Below the pieces are notes generated by a model, which did no database searches, was not told the origin of the DNA, and saw only the letters and a program-made list of their open reading frames with translations. A DNA stretch of 64,000 bases from positions 128,001 through 192,000 of the forward strand of contig JAWOEX010000021.1 of NCBI GenBank assembly GCA_046482545.1, given 5' to 3'. The DNA comes from Candidatus Thorarchaeota archaeon (GTDB lineage Archaea > Asgardarchaeota > Thorarchaeia > Thorarchaeales > Thorarchaeaceae). This document shows positions 38,983 to 48,318 of the stretch, piece by piece. A program made the translations under genes and the position numbers. Within the stretch, counting starts at the first letter, position 1. Every line of letters starts with the position of its first letter.

Positions 38983-39812
38983 AAAAGGTATCTGATGACA
39001 TCGTCAACTATGGCGTAAGTCTCCAGCCGGTCCAAATCTCGCTTGACATATGGCATCGCATGTTCAAAAATCATCTGCTTGAATCTTTCCTCTCCTACTG
39101 TTTCTCTTGTAGTGGTAGCTACGACTTGGAGGATGTCTTCGAGTGCTTTTCGAAGAGTGCGATAGCCGATGTTATCTACATCTAGGCAGAATACATCTAT
39201 GCCGCTCCCATCAATCTCAATTTCGTCCAAAACATAGCTGTGTTTTCGCATGGGCTCAATTTCCCGAACAATGCGTGCCAGTAGATCCTTGCGTTTCCCC
39301 TTGTCCTCTTCCGCCTTGAGAATTGAATGATACAAATGACTGTAAACCGATAGACAATCCATTGCCTTCCCAGTTACTAATCGTTCATCACTCTGTTCAT
39401 ATTGGCTTACAAGCTCATCGATAAAGTGGCTAAAATCATTGAACTCCCCAGGTGCGCCATGCCAGTTTTTCAGTACAGAGGCGACATCCTTGCCTTCTTC
39501 CTTCATTCGCCGCTGAAACTCGTCTAAAGCGTACTTGAGAAGAAATCGCATGTGAGAAAGCCGGGTTGATTTAGAAATTACCATAACAAATAGCAGGTCA
39601 TCGTTGGCCACCCAAACATAGCGATTTCCTTCTGTATCAATCGTCTGCAGCTCCTCTGATGACGCCTTGTCGATGAAAGTATGAGTTGCTGAAAGGAACG
39701 GCGCGATGAGATCCATATCTATAGATACGTCTGAATACGCCCTTGCAACTAGGTAGCGTCCTGTTTCTCGTTCAATAAGCCAGACTCCGTGTATGTCTCT
39801 TCGCGCAGGCAA
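38979..39812 (-). CDS. Longin-domain protein
   Basis: IHGVWLIERETG...DLIAPFLSATHTF...LLFVMV longin pattern with helical C-domain. Confidence 0.65.
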   Translation of the reverse strand: MPARRDIHGVWLIERETGRYLVARAYSDVSIDMDLIAPFLSATHTFIDKASSEELQTIDTEGNRYVWVANDDLLFVMVISKSTRLSHMRFLLKYALDEFQRRMKEEGKDVASVLKNWHGAPGEFNDFSHFIDELVSQYEQSDERLVTGKAMDCLSVYSHLYHSILKAEEDKGKRKDLLARIVREIEPMRKHSYVLDEIEIDGSGIDVFCLDVDNIGYRTLRKALEDILQVVATTTRETVGEERFKQMIFEHAMPYVKRDLDRLETYAIVDDVIRYLF

Positions 39813-39907
39813 TGTAGACCTAACTCCGTAGGGTCAAACAATCATTTTTCAGAAATAAGGATATTCAGTTCACATCTCATTAAAATGTCAATGATTTGCT
39901 ATAATTT

Positions 39908-40960
39908 TCAATTTGTGCCTAGAGCCGAGATTTTCAGCTTTTCAACCATTTCCTTGTACCGGTTTCGTACTGTTACTTCTGTCACCCGGGCGGTTTCTGC
40001 AATTTCGAGCTGAGTGCGTCTGCTTTGTGTGAGAATTCCAGCAACATACAGTGCGGCAGCAGCCATACCTTTTGGATCCTTTCCCACGGTAAGGTGTATT
40101 TTCTTGGCTGCATTGAGAATATCAATTGCCTTCTTCTGTGTATTACCAGGCAACCTCAAGTCAGTCCCAAACCGCGAGACGTAGTCATGAGGTTGGGTGA
40201 TAATCGTGAGATTGAGATGTTGCAGAATAAGCCGAACGCAAAGGCTGATCTCTTTGCGCGTCATGTGAGTACAATCACAGACTTCTTCCAGCGGCCGCGG
40301 AACCTTGTGCACCCGACAGGCCAAATAAAGCGATGCAGCAACCATGCCAAGGATGGTTCTACCTCGTGTAAGATGCTTTCGAAGAACCTTCCGATAAATG
40401 ACTGCAGATGTCTCCCTTATTGAATATGGGATGCTAAGCTGGCTACTGATTCTTGATAGGTCCCCCATAGCAACAGCAAGATTTCGCTTATCTGAAGAGT
40501 GAACTTTAGTCCGGATTTGCCACTTCCGAAGGCGATGAATTTGTGCTCTGCGAGACGAACTAAGTTTCCTACCAGATGCGTCCACGTCCTTGTGTCCGAT
40601 TTCGGTGCTAAGTCCTTGGTCGAACTTCGTCAAGTCGCTCGGACTGCCCACACGTTGGCGTGCATCTCGCTCTTCAGTGCTGAAAGCCCTCCATTCCGGC
40701 CCGGTATCAATGGAATGGTCGGAAAGCACGAGACCACAGCTTGCACATGTCACTTCTCCACGTTGGTAATCAATGTGGACCTTTTTCGTGTTACAAGAAG
40801 GACAGATGTACTTGATTGCGTCAGTTTTATGTTCCCTTCTATTGGTCTTGGAGATGTCAGCCAGTCCAATCCTCTCCCTGGCAACCCTGTATGCAAGTAC
40901 AAGGGCTGCTGCCAGAAATGCGGGTCTATTGTACTTGGTATGTCTCAGTGAATGCATCAT
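39908..40960 (-). CDS. tfb: Transcription initiation factor IIB
   Basis: CPSC..CASCG Zn ribbon, GPEWRAF, two cyclin repeats, VTEVTVRNRYKE; start uncertain. Confidence 0.95.
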   Translation of the reverse strand: MMHSLRHTKYNRPAFLAAALVLAYRVARERIGLADISKTNRREHKTDAIKYICPSCNTKKVHIDYQRGEVTCASCGLVLSDHSIDTGPEWRAFSTEERDARQRVGSPSDLTKFDQGLSTEIGHKDVDASGRKLSSSRRAQIHRLRKWQIRTKVHSSDKRNLAVAMGDLSRISSQLSIPYSIRETSAVIYRKVLRKHLTRGRTILGMVAASLYLACRVHKVPRPLEEVCDCTHMTRKEISLCVRLILQHLNLTIITQPHDYVSRFGTDLRLPGNTQKKAIDILNAAKKIHLTVGKDPKGMAAAALYVAGILTQSRRTQLEIAETARVTEVTVRNRYKEMVEKLKISALGTN

Positions 40961-41180
40961 GTAAAGGAGTTTTTAATGCATAACTAGTATGCGGAACCTG
41001 TACTGGCTCAAACATGAGAAAATGAAATAAAGCTTTCTACAAATTATCTAGAGTACTTAATGTATATCTAATTAAACTCACTTATATTTGAAATTCAATT
41101 GCTCTATGAAAAGTGGGGAAACAGTTCAGCAAACACTTACAGCGCTTGATTTATGAGCGGAAACAAAAGAAGAGGAACAC

Positions 41181-43097
41181 GTGACTGAGATGAAGGGCAA
41201 GAGCTCAAACCCATGGGAATCAGCACTTGATACAGTTATTGAAATTATCACCAGAGTTACCGGTTTACCGGCTAGTGAAGTGAGAAGATCGATAGAGATA
41301 CCTCCTAATCCAAAAATGGGTGATTTGGCTTCTACGGTCGCGTTTGTTCTTGCCAAGAAAGAACACAAAAATCCCGCTGAGATAGTCACCGACCTAGGTG
41401 AAAAGATAGAACAAGAAATCGCTCAAGAGTCTTTGATTGAACGAGTTGAGACAACTGGACCGTATGCGAATTTCTTCTTTGATAACAGCAAGTTCGCAGC
41501 ATTAACAATGGAGGAAGTTCAAGAAGCAGACACCCAGTATGGTATGTCCGACAAGTATTTGGGACAGCGAGCCATGATTGAATCTCCAGCTGTGAATCCA
41601 TCCAAGCCCTGGCATATCGGTCACGCTCGCAATGCAGTTCTCGGTGATACGCTTGGCAAAGTGTTGAAGGCAGTAGGATATGATGTAATTCACCTTGATT
41701 ACATCAATGATTTGGGTTTGCAGATAGCGCAGCTCACTTGGAAACTCCAAGAGATGGATGAGATTGAACCGGAAGAGAAGTATGACCATTTCCTAGGCAA
41801 GCTGTATGTGGAAGTTCAGAAAGCGTTTGAAGAGAATGCGGATGTGGAGAGGCAGGTACGGGATATCTCTAAACAGCTAGAAGATAGAGACTCAGAAGCA
41901 TCAAACAATAGTCTGCAAATCGTTCTCCGCTGTACAAAGGCACAAAATAAAACAGCATACAGACTTGGTATTTACAAAGATTACAAGATTCTTGAGAGTA
42001 CCATCGCCCACAGTGGTTTGTTAGATACCGCCAAGGAAATGATGCTGAAAAGCGAGAGTATCATGAAATTGGAGGACGGGGATAAAGCAGGGTGTATTGT
42101 TGCCAAACTCGACACCATTGAAGAGTTCGCAGATATGAAGGATCCATACAAGGTTCTTTTCCGTTCTGATGGCACACGAACATATACGGGTGCGGATGTA
42201 GCTTTCCAGATGTGGAAATTTGGTATTGTTGATGATCCATTCAAGTATGTAACATTGGAAGAACAACCAAATGGGGAGTGTGTATACAGAACATCTTTCG
42301 AAGGCGAAGATAAGGAAATCGGAGATGTGGACTTGGTGTTCAATGTAATTGGGTCCGCACAATCTCATCCCCAGCGGCTCATATACACCATTCTACACCT
42401 CCTCGGCTATGAAAAGGAAGCCAGGAATTCCCATCATGTTGCCTATGAGTTCGTAGGATTGGAAGGTGCTGATTTCTCTGGACGTAAGGGTACATGGATA
42501 GGGTATACTTGTGACGATATCCTTGACAAGACAACAAGTCTTGCACTAGAAGAGGTTGAGAAACGTAACCCTGATGAAACCGATGACTTCAAGCAGGAAG
42601 TTGCTGCACAGGTGGGAACTGGTGCTGTAAGGTACCTCTTGTTGAAAGCTTCCCCCGACAGGAGAATAACTTTTCGCTACGAAGACGCCTTGGACTTCAA
42701 TGGCGATGCGGCACCCTATCTACAGTATTCCCATGCACGGGCCAAGAGAATTCTTGAGAAAGCAAAGCAGGTTAGCACAAATGAAGTGGACTACAGCGGG
42801 CTTACATCTCCTCATGAATTGGCTTTGGTTAAGAAAATCGCCAAATTACCTGACGTGGTGCTCAGCGTAGTAGACGGTATGAAGAAGGAGGTGTGGGGAA
42901 CTACCTTTCAGACCAATATGATTGCGACCTATGCCTATGAGTTGGCCAATAGGTTCAGTAAATTCTATGATACGTGTCCGGTTCTCCAAGCGCCTGCAAA
43001 GACCAAAAGTGCGCGACTTATGCTGGTTGCCGCTTTCAAGATAACCATGGCTAATACGCTCAGGCTACTCGGGATACCTGTAATCGACAAAATGTAG
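41181..43097 (+). CDS. argS: Arginyl-tRNA synthetase
   Basis: HIGH, NDLGLQ, FSGRKG, PYLQYSHAR, DALR-type C-terminus. Confidence 0.95.
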   Translation: MTEMKGKSSNPWESALDTVIEIITRVTGLPASEVRRSIEIPPNPKMGDLASTVAFVLAKKEHKNPAEIVTDLGEKIEQEIAQESLIERVETTGPYANFFFDNSKFAALTMEEVQEADTQYGMSDKYLGQRAMIESPAVNPSKPWHIGHARNAVLGDTLGKVLKAVGYDVIHLDYINDLGLQIAQLTWKLQEMDEIEPEEKYDHFLGKLYVEVQKAFEENADVERQVRDISKQLEDRDSEASNNSLQIVLRCTKAQNKTAYRLGIYKDYKILESTIAHSGLLDTAKEMMLKSESIMKLEDGDKAGCIVAKLDTIEEFADMKDPYKVLFRSDGTRTYTGADVAFQMWKFGIVDDPFKYVTLEEQPNGECVYRTSFEGEDKEIGDVDLVFNVIGSAQSHPQRLIYTILHLLGYEKEARNSHHVAYEFVGLEGADFSGRKGTWIGYTCDDILDKTTSLALEEVEKRNPDETDDFKQEVAAQVGTGAVRYLLLKASPDRRITFRYEDALDFNGDAAPYLQYSHARAKRILEKAKQVSTNEVDYSGLTSPHELALVKKIAKLPDVVLSVVDGMKKEVWGTTFQTNMIATYAYELANRFSKFYDTCPVLQAPAKTKSARLMLVAAFKITMANTLRLLGIPVIDKM

Positions 43098-44447
43098 TCA
43101 ACCAGAAGTGATTCGCACGTTATCTATGACAATTGATGGCGAGACCACAGACATTGTAGTTCTCACATCCTCGCCAACGTTACTTACCCGTGAAAGCAAA
43201 TCGCGCATGTTAATTCCAATAAGGGTGTTCTTGACGGGGTGTTTAATCTCGCCCTGCTCCACATAGAAGCCTTCCATAATCATCGCGCTGAGCTCTCCCG
43301 TAGTCATGTTAGGTCGATCTGCAGTATTCCGGCACACAATAGCTCGATCCATTTCTGAAATAAAATCCTTTAGTGAGTGTCTATCAGGCTCAATTATGAA
43401 ATTGGTTGTTGAAATTGATGGCGTTCCTGAGTAAGAGCTCCTAGAAGCGTTTGCAGTATTCTCTACACCCTCCCTACTGGCAGTATACGAATTGTGAAGG
43501 TGACTTTTCAACACACCATCAGATAAAATAACGGTCTTTCGGGATGGTACGCCTTCAGCATCAAATGGGCGACTGCTTATGCCCCTCGGGATTGTCGCAT
43601 CATCAACGATGGAAATCTTTTCGGATGCGATTTGGTTTCCAATATCGTCACTTATGTAGGAACGCCCATCCTGTACTTCTTCCGCGTTCACAGCTCCACC
43701 AAAACCATATCCTATAACCCGTCCAACGGCCAGCGGTGTGAAAATAACAGGCATGTACCCTTCCTCAACCGTCTTTCCTCCCAATCCATCCAAGGCTGAC
43801 TTCCCGGCTGAGGAACCAACCCACTCGGGATTTATGTCATCTAGCGACCGGGATATTTGGTACTCATAGCTGGAATTCTGACCATTCTCAGACCTAACGG
43901 TGGGAGAACTGAACAGAAATGCAGCAGTAGATTCCTCAAAACCAGAGATGCCCAAGGAGTTCACGATTGCCCTCGAGAGAGAAGTTGCTGTAAAAGATGC
44001 CTCAACCGCTGTTCTAAACGGCTCTGTTGCCTCCAGAGAAGCATCAACAGCACGAATCAGATAATCAGCAGCTTCGTCTGGCATCAGCTCCTTGATGGAT
44101 GCATCGAAAACACCTTGGATAGTTGGGTAATCCTTGTCAAGGGCAGGCAGGGTCTCAAAGTCTGAATCGGGTAGTGATGCATGGGCAAGTGCAACAGATT
44201 CTTCGGCTATCTCACGGATATCAGCAGTGTCCAGATTTGTAACATAGGCGAATCCAACCCTCTTTCCAATTACTGATCTGATACCACAACCCATATCGCA
44301 ATCGTGGCTTGCTGCTTTAACAGAATTGTTCTCTACTTCAATCGAAACAGATTTAGAAGATGCCGTGTAGGCTTCGGCTTGATCAGCACCAAGCTTCTCA
44401 GCCAAGCTAACTGTGTCTTCAGCAATACGCACTAAATCTTCCTTCAG
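43098..44447 (-). CDS. pmbA: PmbA/TldE family protein
   Basis: GIRSV, FDAEG, no HExxxH; start approximate. Confidence 0.88.
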   Translation of the reverse strand: MKEDLVRIAEDTVSLAEKLGADQAEAYTASSKSVSIEVENNSVKAASHDCDMGCGIRSVIGKRVGFAYVTNLDTADIREIAEESVALAHASLPDSDFETLPALDKDYPTIQGVFDASIKELMPDEAADYLIRAVDASLEATEPFRTAVEASFTATSLSRAIVNSLGISGFEESTAAFLFSSPTVRSENGQNSSYEYQISRSLDDINPEWVGSSAGKSALDGLGGKTVEEGYMPVIFTPLAVGRVIGYGFGGAVNAEEVQDGRSYISDDIGNQIASEKISIVDDATIPRGISSRPFDAEGVPSRKTVILSDGVLKSHLHNSYTASREGVENTANASRSSYSGTPSISTTNFIIEPDRHSLKDFISEMDRAIVCRNTADRPNMTTGELSAMIMEGFYVEQGEIKHPVKNTLIGINMRDLLSRVSNVGEDVRTTMSVVSPSIVIDNVRITSG

Positions 44448-44449
44448 CT

Positions 44450-45835
44450 TTACATCCCTCCCACGGGTACTTTCCTTATTCGAGCATGTGGACCACCACT
44501 CATATCTGGCACCTTCTGCCCCGACTTCCCGCATGTCCCAGAATCCATTCTGAAATCATCACCAATAGCATCTATCTTGGGCAGAATATCGAGAATCTGT
44601 CCAGCGATGGATACATCGCGGACCATATCGCCAATTTCGCCATTTGTTATCTCGAATCCATGACTTGCCTGAAACATGAATTGTCCTTTAGCCGGGCTGG
44701 TGTATCCGTAATTGAAGCTGCACAGAAGAAGTCCTGTATCTGTATCCTCAACCATTTCATCAACGTTCCAATCTCCAGACTCCATGAAAGTATTGCTCAT
44801 TCGTGGCATCGGCGAGTACATGAACGACTGAGCCCGTGCAGCCCCATTTGGTGTCTTATCAAGTCGGGATGCAGTCTCCAAACTGTGGAGAAGCTCAGTC
44901 AGAAAACCGTCTTTGACAAGCGAGCGGCGGGTCGCTTTTGTCCCCTCCCAATCATAATCAAACGAGCCACGCATACCTGGCAATGTAGGATCATCAACTA
45001 TGTTTAGATTCTCAGGACCAACACGGTCACCTAATTTACCTTCCAATACTGTAGTATGCGCTGGCCAATTGTCAGCCTCACAAGCATGCCCAAAGGCTTC
45101 ATGAATCATGACCCCATTGAGAATAGGATCAAGAATGACATCATACACACCACCCTGAACAGCCGTCGATCTCAACATTTCCACGGCGAGCTCGGCGGTT
45201 TTGGTCCCGATGGTTTGAGGATATTCGTTCTCCAATTCCTCAAAGCCGCCACGACCACCATACGACTTGAAAGCGGTCCGCCGATCACCGTTCTCTTTTG
45301 CGGTCACAGAGGATATAACCCGAGGGAGGCTATTACCGAACGTAACACTGGTACCAAATGAATTTGCAACATGTAGGACACAATTGAAGTCACCATATAC
45401 TGCTCGTGAATTCACGATACGTTCATCATAATCATGAGCTTGTTTATCGATCCGTCTAGCAAGATCCACCTTTTCCGCGATAGGAGTTTCCCGGATATCT
45501 TTGGTGACTTTCATTATACACCTGTCTTGGTAGGTTGGACCATCAAGCTCAAACTTCTCAGATGCACGTTCTTCGATTGCTAGGGCCAGTTCAGCGACAC
45601 TTTTGCCACGCTCGCGCATAGTATTCGCCGTCATTCTGTTTTCCTGACCAAAAGCCCAAGCACCGTTCTTGAATGCCCTAATGCCAGCTCCACGGTTTCG
45701 TGATGTTGCAGATTTCTTTGTTACCCCATTGCTTATTTCAATAGTAGTTAGATGTGAGTCTTCTACTCTCACATCGGCAAAATCGGCTCCCACCTCGAGA
45801 GCAGCCTCAATAGCTTCGCGGGCCAAGTGCTCCAT
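44450..45835 (-). CDS. tldD: TldD metalloprotease
   Basis: HEAFGHACEAD, RMSNTF, CGKSGQ. Confidence 0.92.
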   Translation of the reverse strand: MEHLAREAIEAALEVGADFADVRVEDSHLTTIEISNGVTKKSATSRNRGAGIRAFKNGAWAFGQENRMTANTMRERGKSVAELALAIEERASEKFELDGPTYQDRCIMKVTKDIRETPIAEKVDLARRIDKQAHDYDERIVNSRAVYGDFNCVLHVANSFGTSVTFGNSLPRVISSVTAKENGDRRTAFKSYGGRGGFEELENEYPQTIGTKTAELAVEMLRSTAVQGGVYDVILDPILNGVMIHEAFGHACEADNWPAHTTVLEGKLGDRVGPENLNIVDDPTLPGMRGSFDYDWEGTKATRRSLVKDGFLTELLHSLETASRLDKTPNGAARAQSFMYSPMPRMSNTFMESGDWNVDEMVEDTDTGLLLCSFNYGYTSPAKGQFMFQASHGFEITNGEIGDMVRDVSIAGQILDILPKIDAIGDDFRMDSGTCGKSGQKVPDMSGGPHARIRKVPVGGM

Positions 45836-45943
45836 ACGAGTCCCTCCTTATTTCAGCATTATAACTGATATGGAGTAGCAACCTCAGACCGGCTATTACT
45901 CTCGTGATACAACGGTATTTCTTGTATTTATGGCTCTGTAATA

Positions 45944-47539
45944 GTGCCACATGACCATGGAGGCCAGTTATTGAATCAAGAGACACAACCGCCTAGTTGC
46001 GAGAATTGTAGTACTGCAGAAGCCTCTCATATGTGTAAGGATTGTGGAGCGGCCATCTGTGCTGACTGCATTGAGACTGATAGCACAGAATACATTGTAT
46101 GTAGTGAATGCCATCATACAGTCAGTAGCGAGGATTCTGAGGAACAGCCAACTGAATGCCCAGAATGTGACTCTGATAATCTGAGCAAGGGGAGACGAAT
46201 GATTGAACGTTGCCCTCACTGTCACTCCACCCGACTTGTGCTCATTGAGAAACGGAGAGGAGAATTATCCAGGGAAATACGCAAATCAGTCATGACGCTT
46301 CAGTATGGTCACACCAAGCTCCGCGAGTTTGGTAGTAAATTGGACAAAGCCAAGAGAGATCTCGTATCGCTTCGAATGGCAAATTTTCTTCATTACAAGT
46401 GGCTTGAAAGTAAAATCGAACAGATTCACGAGGAAATGCCAGCCATAAAGAGAAGGATTGGAAACAAGGCAGAACTTGTTGCAAAGCAAATAGCAGCAGA
46501 GACCAAAGGACTGATGGTTTCAGAAAGCTGGAGTCCATCCCAGTTTCCCTTTATCGAAGGAGTGAGCAACAGGATTAGGGAGTTGGGAAACGGCTACAAA
46601 CACAGCGTAGATGAAGCATTGGACAAGGCAACAAGCATCTTGAAAGAAGTAAATACACAAATAGATGGTCTCAACTACTACAGAAAAAGATTCAGTAGCT
46701 TCTATGAGAACGCAGATCTTTCGGTCAAGGAATTGCCTGTATGTGCACTTCCCGAGATTAAGCTGGCTGGAAGTGACTTTCTGAAAAATGACAAAGCATG
46801 TGGCACTCTGTACATGACCAACAAACGCTTGGTATTCATCGCAGAAACTGGACATATTCGAAAGAGCATGGAAGTCATTTTCGATTTTCCCCTTGTCTAT
46901 CACACAGGATTCTCGGAAGAGGGACGACTAAGAAAGAGAATGGTAATGAAACTCAAGCAAGGTGATATCAAATTCGAATGTTCAGAACAAACCGAGAAAG
47001 TTCTTCCTGATTATATCCAGATAGCAAAACAATTCGATAGGTATGTACAAACCGACTTGGAACGGGTGCGCAAACTGGAACAACAGAAAACCAATTCTGG
47101 TGAAGTCAGATTAAAAATTGAAAGACTGGTCTACCAGCTGCTCTCCGGGAGGAGAGGTGTACAGCGCAAAGCAGAATTGAAAGATGTAACTCCGAGACAG
47201 CCACGGATTTCTTCTGGTTTTAACACAATTCGAAAGAGCTATGAGGATCGCATGAATCAAGACGATAGCGAAATAACCGATTATAGAGTAGAAGACGATT
47301 TCTTTGGCAGACTGCAAGGACAGTATCATGAATCTCGGAATAGCCGTAGAGAGAACAGGTATCAAACTCCCCCCAGTAACTTCAACGAGAAGATAAGGGA
47401 AACCATCAAAATGTTACGCAATGGACAGATAGTTCCTGAGAATTTCATAAGAAGATACAGGAGTCTTATGCGCGAGTCTTACGAGGATAGACACGGTATC
47501 CAGTCAAGAAGCTCAGATAGAGATTCTTTCAATTGGTAA
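45944..47539 (+). CDS. Zn-finger/coiled-coil/GRAM-PH protein with C-terminal steadiness-box-like hairpin (ESCRT-I Vps23/37-like)
   Basis: CENC..CKDCGAAICADC plus further CxxC pairs; GTLYMTNKRLVF; IKMLRNGQIVPENFIRRYRSL; adjacent to ESCRT genes. Confidence 0.65.
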   Translation: MPHDHGGQLLNQETQPPSCENCSTAEASHMCKDCGAAICADCIETDSTEYIVCSECHHTVSSEDSEEQPTECPECDSDNLSKGRRMIERCPHCHSTRLVLIEKRRGELSREIRKSVMTLQYGHTKLREFGSKLDKAKRDLVSLRMANFLHYKWLESKIEQIHEEMPAIKRRIGNKAELVAKQIAAETKGLMVSESWSPSQFPFIEGVSNRIRELGNGYKHSVDEALDKATSILKEVNTQIDGLNYYRKRFSSFYENADLSVKELPVCALPEIKLAGSDFLKNDKACGTLYMTNKRLVFIAETGHIRKSMEVIFDFPLVYHTGFSEEGRLRKRMVMKLKQGDIKFECSEQTEKVLPDYIQIAKQFDRYVQTDLERVRKLEQQKTNSGEVRLKIERLVYQLLSGRRGVQRKAELKDVTPRQPRISSGFNTIRKSYEDRMNQDDSEITDYRVEDDFFGRLQGQYHESRNSRRENRYQTPPSNFNEKIRETIKMLRNGQIVPENFIRRYRSLMRESYEDRHGIQSRSSDRDSFNW

Positions 47540-47540
47540 A

Positions 47541-48167
47541 TCATATACCGAGCTCGTTCTCTAGACTTTGAATAGCTCGCTCCAGCTTATCGATTTCGGT
47601 TACCTCTCTGGTAGCAGTCCTTGTCTCCTCCATTCCTGCTGCACGATCTATTTCTTCGAACGCAGCTGTTAATTCATCCGAGCTTTCAGAACCGTCCACT
47701 GAATATCCGAGAGCATCCTCAGAAATCTGGGTTTCAATCTCGTATTCCTCGATACGTCTGGAAATCTCGTCGGTATGTTCTATGACCTCCGATACATCAG
47801 ATTCTTCACCAAGAATTTCAAGAACCTTCGATACGTCAGCCAGAGCATGATTTGCCTTTGCGTTGGTCTGTGCTCTAGTTAGATGAGCGAGTAGACGAAG
47901 CATTTGAAGGCGTGACTTCTCTACCGAAAGAACATATTTTCGAAATCGAACCATTTCTTTTGTATATGTTCGATACGCTTGTGTCCTCCCTTCTTTACGT
48001 GCCGTGATAGCTCTAGATTTGGTTTTTCGTTCCTCTATTTCTAGTTTATTCCGTTGACGCTCAAGTTGCTTGGCCATCACCCTAAGATCGCTTTTCACTT
48101 CAGCGATATTCGGCTTGTGTCGTCCCCAAGATAGCGCCTTCCTCACGGAATCGAGAACTCTAACCAT
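47541..48167 (-). CDS. ESCRT-III protein (Vps2/24/46-like)
   Basis: LRVMAKQLERQRNKL...YTKEMVRFRK, basic N-half and acidic C-half, terminal amphipathic helix; start 48167 or 48188. Confidence 0.85.
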   Translation of the reverse strand: MVRVLDSVRKALSWGRHKPNIAEVKSDLRVMAKQLERQRNKLEIEERKTKSRAITARKEGRTQAYRTYTKEMVRFRKYVLSVEKSRLQMLRLLAHLTRAQTNAKANHALADVSKVLEILGEESDVSEVIEHTDEISRRIEEYEIETQISEDALGYSVDGSESSDELTAAFEEIDRAAGMEETRTATREVTEIDKLERAIQSLENELGI

Positions 48168-48284
48168 GGCTATCACAGGAGTTTCCATTATACCATTTTT
48201 AACACCATGTAACACGCACCTTGTCAAGAATAGAAATCGAAAGCCCATTCTCCCATTGGATTCCTAAGGTCATACATGGTTTAA

Positions 48285-48304
48285 AGAATGGTCTGGACCA
48301 TTCT
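48285..48304. promoter_or_regulatory. Palindrome immediately downstream of TATA-like TTTAAA at vps4 promoter
   Basis: AGAATGGTC-TG-GACCATTCT. Confidence 0.5.
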
Positions 48305-48318
48305 CCAGTTGAGTTCCT

